Assembly (NCBI GenBank): GCA_963663475.2
Contig: CAXXJV010000001.1
Span: 1,024,001 to 1,088,000 of the forward strand
Reading direction: 5' to 3'
Length of the DNA stretch: 64,000 nucleotides
From: Candidatus Cloacimonadales bacterium
GTDB lineage: Bacteria; Cloacimonadota; Cloacimonadia; Cloacimonadales; JAFGVF01
The notes below the pieces were generated by a model. That model ran no database searches and was not told where the DNA came from. It saw only the letters and a program-made list of their open reading frames with translations. Positions 59,666 through 64,000 of this stretch are shown piece after piece. Both the position numbers and the translations under genes were made by a program. How positions within the stretch are numbered: position 1 is the stretch's first letter; each line of letters opens with the position of its first letter.

Positions 59666-59852
59666 CCTTAACACAGAGTTCACAGAGGTTAACACAGAGT
59701 TACACAGAGTTTTAAGAAGAAAAAGTAAGCCACAAAAAGCACAGATAAGAAGAAGAGTTTAGCCACAAATAAACACAAATAAAACACGAATAAGAAGATT
59801 TCCGCCTTTCGTCTCAAAGACGGACTTAGTGTCTTCGTGCCTTTGTGGTGAA
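59666..59852. repeat. CACAGA/CACAAA short-period repeat cluster with inverted right end
   Basis: CCTTAACACAGAGTTCACAGAGGTTAACACAGAGTTACACAGAG, AGCCACAAA x2, ...GTGTCTTCGTGCCTTTGTGGT. Confidence 0.7.
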
Positions 59853-59981
59853 TCTCTTTCTACTCTGTCCGCCTTAAGGCACTACTTGGCATTAATTTCA
59901 TATGAAATTTCATTTTCTAGTCAGAAATGCCTCTTTTGAAATTTTCACTATTTTCTCTTTTTAACAAATTCTCTTATATGT

Positions 59982-60293
59982 ATGTTTGTTAGTCAGTTAT
60001 GGATATATATCCTTATGGCTTATTTTGGAACAATTATGGCTTTAATACAAATCATGAAAGCAAAAAGAAAGATTAATAATAAAATGAAATTACCGATAGT
60101 AAGTCAGATAGTGCAAACCAAAGACCAAGATGGTAAGGATGTACTTGGTTTTACTGTTCAAGTTAGTGAGGATAGTTTTTATAATGTGCTACGCCCATTT
60201 ACTAATGAAACTTATACTCTTGTATATGAGGCATTAAGTGAAGAACGTACACAAATATTAATAAATGGAAAATTAAAGGAGAAGAAAAAATGA
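59982..60293 (+). CDS. Small hypothetical membrane-anchored protein
   Basis: N-terminal TM helix; ATGA overlap with the next gene. Confidence 0.55.
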   Translation: MFVSQLWIYILMAYFGTIMALIQIMKAKRKINNKMKLPIVSQIVQTKDQDGKDVLGFTVQVSEDSFYNVLRPFTNETYTLVYEALSEERTQILINGKLKEKKK

Positions 60294-61639
60294 AAAATGT
60301 TATGATTGGACTATTTATGATTTTAGTAGTTCTAGGTTTAAGTGCAGGTCAAGTAAATGTTGACTTCAATAATGCAGGTGATATGGATGATTTTGATTTA
60401 GGTGGTTATACTGATGTAGAATGGGAAAGTTCTGGTGGTATCAATAATTCTGCTTCAATTGGTTTCAATGATGATTTTGATAATTGGTATAATAGATTAG
60501 TTACTTACAAAAATGGTTATCAAATCACTGAAGTGAATGAACCCATAGTAACAAGTGCTTTTATTAGAAGTGAAATTAACGGTGGCTATGGTGGTCTTGG
60601 TTTTTCAAGTTTAAGTTCTAATTCAGAGATTGCACAACAATGCAGAATCCAAGATAGCCCAGCAATTGGTTTTTCTTTTTATAGCTCTGCTGGCTGGATT
60701 TTTAGTACTGATGATGATTTATATGAGGATAAATTGTACAACTCCTATAACCCAGATATTCCTTTAACATGGTATAAAGTTGTTTTAACAATTATCCCAA
60801 GAGATCTTGAAACTGGTGAAGTTGATGCTACTTATCAACTATTCCAGGCAGCTACTGACGGTACTATAGGTGCTATTCCTATTAAAACAGGTACTACAAA
60901 CTTTATAAACTCAGATTTTATATATTATAATTCTACAATTTACCCTTATTTCGGAGAAGCATGGCATAGAGTGCCTAACATTGATAATTTCTCATTTACT
61001 TATCCTGAAAATGTTACTCTTCCTGTTACTCTTTCTTCATTTACTGCAAGTTTTACTACTAGTGAATTAGTAAGTCTTCAATGGACAACTGAATCAGAAT
61101 CTGATATTCTCGGATTCAATGTTTACCGCTCAGAAAACGACAATATTGCTAATGCATTAAGAGTTAATAGCAGACTTATTGAGGGGACTAATACTTCGAT
61201 TCAGCAATCATATTCTTTCTCTGATAGAGAGATTGAAGCTAACACAAGATACTATTATTGGCTTGAATCAGCAGAAATAAGTAATAGTAATAACTTCTAT
61301 GGTCCTGTCAATGTGTTAACTGAAACTAATGAAGATGATGTTAACCCCACTATTGTTGAAGGGCTTACAGGTATTAATAATGTCTATCCTAATCCATTTA
61401 GTCCTAATACCGAAATAGCTTACAAGGTTAGAGAAATCTCAAATGTGAAAATTAGTATTTATAATCTCAAAGGGCAATTGGTTAGATCATTAGTAAATGA
61501 AAATAAAGCAAGTGGCAGTCATGTGGTTGGCTGGGATGGAAAAGATATGCACGGAAAGTATTGTCCTTCTGGAATTTATTTTGCTAAAATGGAAACAGGT
61601 ATTGTTAACTCATATCATAAGTTAGTCTTAATGAAATAG
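60290..61639 (+). CDS. Secreted protein with lectin-like N-domain, LPVTLSSF Ig/Fn3 linker domain and CTD
   Basis: signal peptide LSAG/Q; TLPVTLSSFTA...WTTESE..ILGFNVYRS; YPNPF...KLVLMK. Confidence 0.82.
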   Translation: MKNVMIGLFMILVVLGLSAGQVNVDFNNAGDMDDFDLGGYTDVEWESSGGINNSASIGFNDDFDNWYNRLVTYKNGYQITEVNEPIVTSAFIRSEINGGYGGLGFSSLSSNSEIAQQCRIQDSPAIGFSFYSSAGWIFSTDDDLYEDKLYNSYNPDIPLTWYKVVLTIIPRDLETGEVDATYQLFQAATDGTIGAIPIKTGTTNFINSDFIYYNSTIYPYFGEAWHRVPNIDNFSFTYPENVTLPVTLSSFTASFTTSELVSLQWTTESESDILGFNVYRSENDNIANALRVNSRLIEGTNTSIQQSYSFSDREIEANTRYYYWLESAEISNSNNFYGPVNVLTETNEDDVNPTIVEGLTGINNVYPNPFSPNTEIAYKVREISNVKISIYNLKGQLVRSLVNENKASGSHVVGWDGKDMHGKYCPSGIYFAKMETGIVNSYHKLVLMK

Positions 61640-61665
61640 TAGCCTAGTATTTGAAAATCCATATA

Positions 61666-61694
61666 AAAAAGACTCTGCGAAGCGGGGTCTTTTT
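61666..61694 (+). terminator. Intrinsic terminator
   Basis: AAAAAGACTCTGC-GAA-GCGGGGTCTTTTT. Confidence 0.8.
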
Positions 61695-61799
61695 CTAGCC
61701 TTAATAAACCTGAATAAAAAAAAATTGACAAAAAGACTAAGGATTACTTTAGTAGTATTAAAGTTAACACCGTTAAATAAAAAATTTAAGGATAAAAAT

Positions 61800-64000
61800 A
61801 TGAAATTTCCAAGAATTCAATGTCTAATTCTATGTCTATTTGCTATTTTAATTTTAACAAGTTGTAGCGATGACAATACGACAAAACCAAAACAAGTATC
61901 TCAACCAACATTTTCACATGAAGCAGGCACATACAATGAAATAATTGAACTTGAAATAGAAACTTCTACACCAGATGCTGAGATAAGATATACTATCGAT
62001 GGTAGTGATCCAACTGAAATTTCAAGTCTTTACTCTATACCATTAAGAATAAGAGAAACTACTCTTATTAAAGCTAAAGCATATAGGGATAATTACAGAC
62101 CAAGCTTAATATCACAAGTAAATTATGTGATTAATTTACCCTTTGCTCCTATCCCTACTTTTTCACCATCAGGTGGGACATACAATCAAGCACAGGAAGT
62201 CACAATAAATTGTGAACTAGAGGATGCTGAAATTAGGTATAGCATAGACGGAACTATACCGAGTCAAACTTCTTTTTTATATACCCATCCAATAATTATA
62301 AGTGAGAAAACTGTTTTAAAAGCAAGAGTTTTTAATGAAAACTATCAGGCTAGTCCTATTGTAGAAACTCTGTATGAATTTGAGACACTTTTCGTTGCTA
62401 ACCCGACTTTTAATCCTCCAGCAGGAACTTATATTGAAGCGCAGAATGTTTCTATTACTTGCCAAACCCAAGGAGCTGAGATAAGATATAGTCTTGATGG
62501 CTCTAATCCAACAGAAACTTCTTTACTTTATACAAATCCGATTAGTATCAGTGAGGATACTACTTTGAAAGCAAGAGCATTTAAAGAAAACTTCCAAGCT
62601 AGTCAGGTGGTAGAAGCTGTGTATGAGTTCGAGACACTTATGGTTGCTAATCCGACTTTTAATCCTCCAGCAGGAACTTATACTGAAGCGCAGAATGTTT
62701 CTATTACTTGCCAAACCCAAGGAGCTGAGATAAGATATAGTCTTGATGGCTCTAATCCAACAGAAACTTCTTTACTTTATACAAATCCAATTAGTATCAG
62801 TGAAGATACTACTTTGAAAGCAAGAGCATTTAAAGAAAACTATCAAGCTAGTCAGGTGGTAGAAGCTGTGTATGAGTTCGAGACACTTGTAGTTGCTAAT
62901 CCGACTTTTAATCCTCCAGCAGGAACTTATACTGAAGCGCAGAATGTTTCTATTACTTGCCAAACCCAAGGAGCTGAGATAAGATATAGTCTTGATGGCT
63001 CTAATCCAACAGAAACTTCTTTACTTTATATAAATCCAATTAGTATCAGTGAAGATACTACTTTGAAAGCAAGAGCATTTAAAGAAAACTATCAAGCTAG
63101 TCAGGTGGTAGAAGCTGTGTATGAGTTCGAGACACTTGTAGTTGCTAATCCGACTTTTAATCCTCCAGCAGGAACTTATACTGAAGCGCAGAATGTTTCT
63201 ATTACTTGTCAAACCCAAGGAGCTGAGATAAGATATAGTCTTGATGGCTCTAATCCAACAGAAACTTCTTTACTTTATACAAATCCGATTAGTATCAGTG
63301 AAGATACTACTTTGAAAGCAAGAGCATTTAAAGAAAACTTCCAAGCTAGTCAGGTGGTAGTAGCTGTGTATGAGTTCGAGACACTTGTAGTTGCTAATCC
63401 GACTTTTAATCCTCCTGCTGGATTATATACTGAAGCGCAGAATGTTTCTATTACTTGTCAAACCCAAGGAGCTGAGATAAGATATAGTCTTGATGGCTCT
63501 AATCCAACAGAAACTTCTTTACTTTATACAAATCCGATTAGTATCAGTGAAGATACTACTTTGAAAGCAAGAGCATTTAAAGAAAACTTCCAAGCTAGTC
63601 AGGTGGTAGAAGCTGTGTATGAGTTCGAGACACTTGTAGTTGCTAATCCGACTTTTAATCCTCCAGCAGGAACTTATACTGAAGCGCAGAATGTTTCCAT
63701 ACTATGCCAAACCCAAGGAGCTGAAATTAGATACAGTCTTGATGAGAGTGAACCTACAGAATCGTCATTATTATATACAGGACCAATAAATATAAGTGAA
63801 GATGCAACCTTAAAAGCAAGAGCTTATAAAGAGGGCTATCTCCCAAGTCAAGTTATGACTTCATATTATAATATTGATAATGGCCAAAGTGGTTTAATGA
63901 TTTATGTTCCTGGCGGAACATTTACCATGGGAAGAACAACAGGAACAGGTTCTACTGATGAATTACCAACACATGAGGTTACATTAAACTCTTTTTACAT
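61800..64000 (+). CDS. Large lipoprotein (absent from ORF track; runs off right edge): 8 chitobiase/Fn3-associated domains then the start of an FGE-sulfatase domain
   Basis: ATG 61800 MKFPRIQ...LTSCSDDN lipobox; PTF.P..GTY...AEIRYSLDGSNPT repeats; MIYVPGGTFTMG...ELPTHEVTL in frame at 63897. Confidence 0.9.
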   Translation, partial: MKFPRIQCLILCLFAILILTSCSDDNTTKPKQVSQPTFSHEAGTYNEIIELEIETSTPDAEIRYTIDGSDPTEISSLYSIPLRIRETTLIKAKAYRDNYRPSLISQVNYVINLPFAPIPTFSPSGGTYNQAQEVTINCELEDAEIRYSIDGTIPSQTSFLYTHPIIISEKTVLKARVFNENYQASPIVETLYEFETLFVANPTFNPPAGTYIEAQNVSITCQTQGAEIRYSLDGSNPTETSLLYTNPISISEDTTLKARAFKENFQASQVVEAVYEFETLMVANPTFNPPAGTYTEAQNVSITCQTQGAEIRYSLDGSNPTETSLLYTNPISISEDTTLKARAFKENYQASQVVEAVYEFETLVVANPTFNPPAGTYTEAQNVSITCQTQGAEIRYSLDGSNPTETSLLYINPISISEDTTLKARAFKENYQASQVVEAVYEFETLVVANPTFNPPAGTYTEAQNVSITCQTQGAEIRYSLDGSNPTETSLLYTNPISISEDTTLKARAFKENFQASQVVVAVYEFETLVVANPTFNPPAGLYTEAQNVSITCQTQGAEIRYSLDGSNPTETSLLYTNPISISEDTTLKARAFKENFQASQVVEAVYEFETLVVANPTFNPPAGTYTEAQNVSILCQTQGAEIRYSLDESEPTESSLLYTGPINISEDATLKARAYKEGYLPSQVMTSYYNIDNGQSGLMIYVPGGTFTMGRTTGTGSTDELPTHEVTLNSFY
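62394..63730 (+). repeat. Intragenic 249-bp (83-aa) tandem repeat, 5 near-identical units plus a diverging sixth
   Basis: GTTGCTAA(C/T)CCGACTTTTAATCCTCC at 62394, 62643, 62892, 63141, 63390, 63639. Confidence 0.95.

Noticed and set aside
59460-59762. 100-aa ORF
   Set aside because: Made of the long palindrome and CACAGA repeats; no RBS or protein-like features.
59886-59903. sigma54 promoter TTGGCATTAATTTCAT downstream of the TPR activator
   Set aside because: Has a -24 TGGCA but lacks GC at -12.
62394-63730. CRISPR-like periodicity, and antisense ORFs 62523..62720, 62772..62969, 63021..63218
   Set aside because: The 249-bp units have no unique spacers and encode protein domains on the + strand; the minus ORFs are shadows of the repeat.
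1-64000. rRNA, tRNA (including tRNA-Sec), CRISPR arrays, prophage or defence genes
   Set aside because: No recognisable signatures found by eye; a tRNAscan-SE/Infernal run would be needed to exclude small RNAs.

Overview
AT-rich bacterial chromosomal window from an anaerobic, probably amino-acid-fermenting FCB-group organism. The many secreted proteins ending in an NYPNPFNP...WNG.D...SG.YF...KMILMK C-terminal domain point to Cloacimonadota (inference). In order, the window holds: the 3' end of polA; an accessory island (atypical ECF sigma factor, lipoproteins, orphan parAB); a complete selenocysteine-type glycine/sarcosine/betaine reductase operon (grdX-trxB-trxA-grdE-grdA-grdB-grdC-grdD) with two in-frame UGA codons, candidate SECIS hairpins, a sigma54 promoter and tandem enhancer palindromes; a kinase/NtrC-like pair in which BOTH phospho-acceptor residues are substituted; an hfsABCD-like [FeFe]-hydrogenase sensory cluster; housekeeping genes; hutH; a gingipain-like C25 protease; a RAYT/IS200-like tnpA bracketed by REP/REPIN repeats; a second atypical ECF sigma; a duplicated, mosaic array of secreted beta-propeller proteins; an Rrf2-associated hcp cluster with a permease-less ABC module; a TPR-sigma54 activator; and a lipoprotein with 249-bp tandem repeats running off the right edge. 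The best candidates for undescribed systems are (1) the phosphorylation-dead two-component pair next to the sigma54 glycine reductase operon and (2) a twice-occurring module of an extended ECF sigma plus a divergent small secreted protein with a shared intergenic motif. No rRNA, tRNA, CRISPR array or reverse transcriptase was seen. All family assignments come from motif recognition by eye, not database searches.
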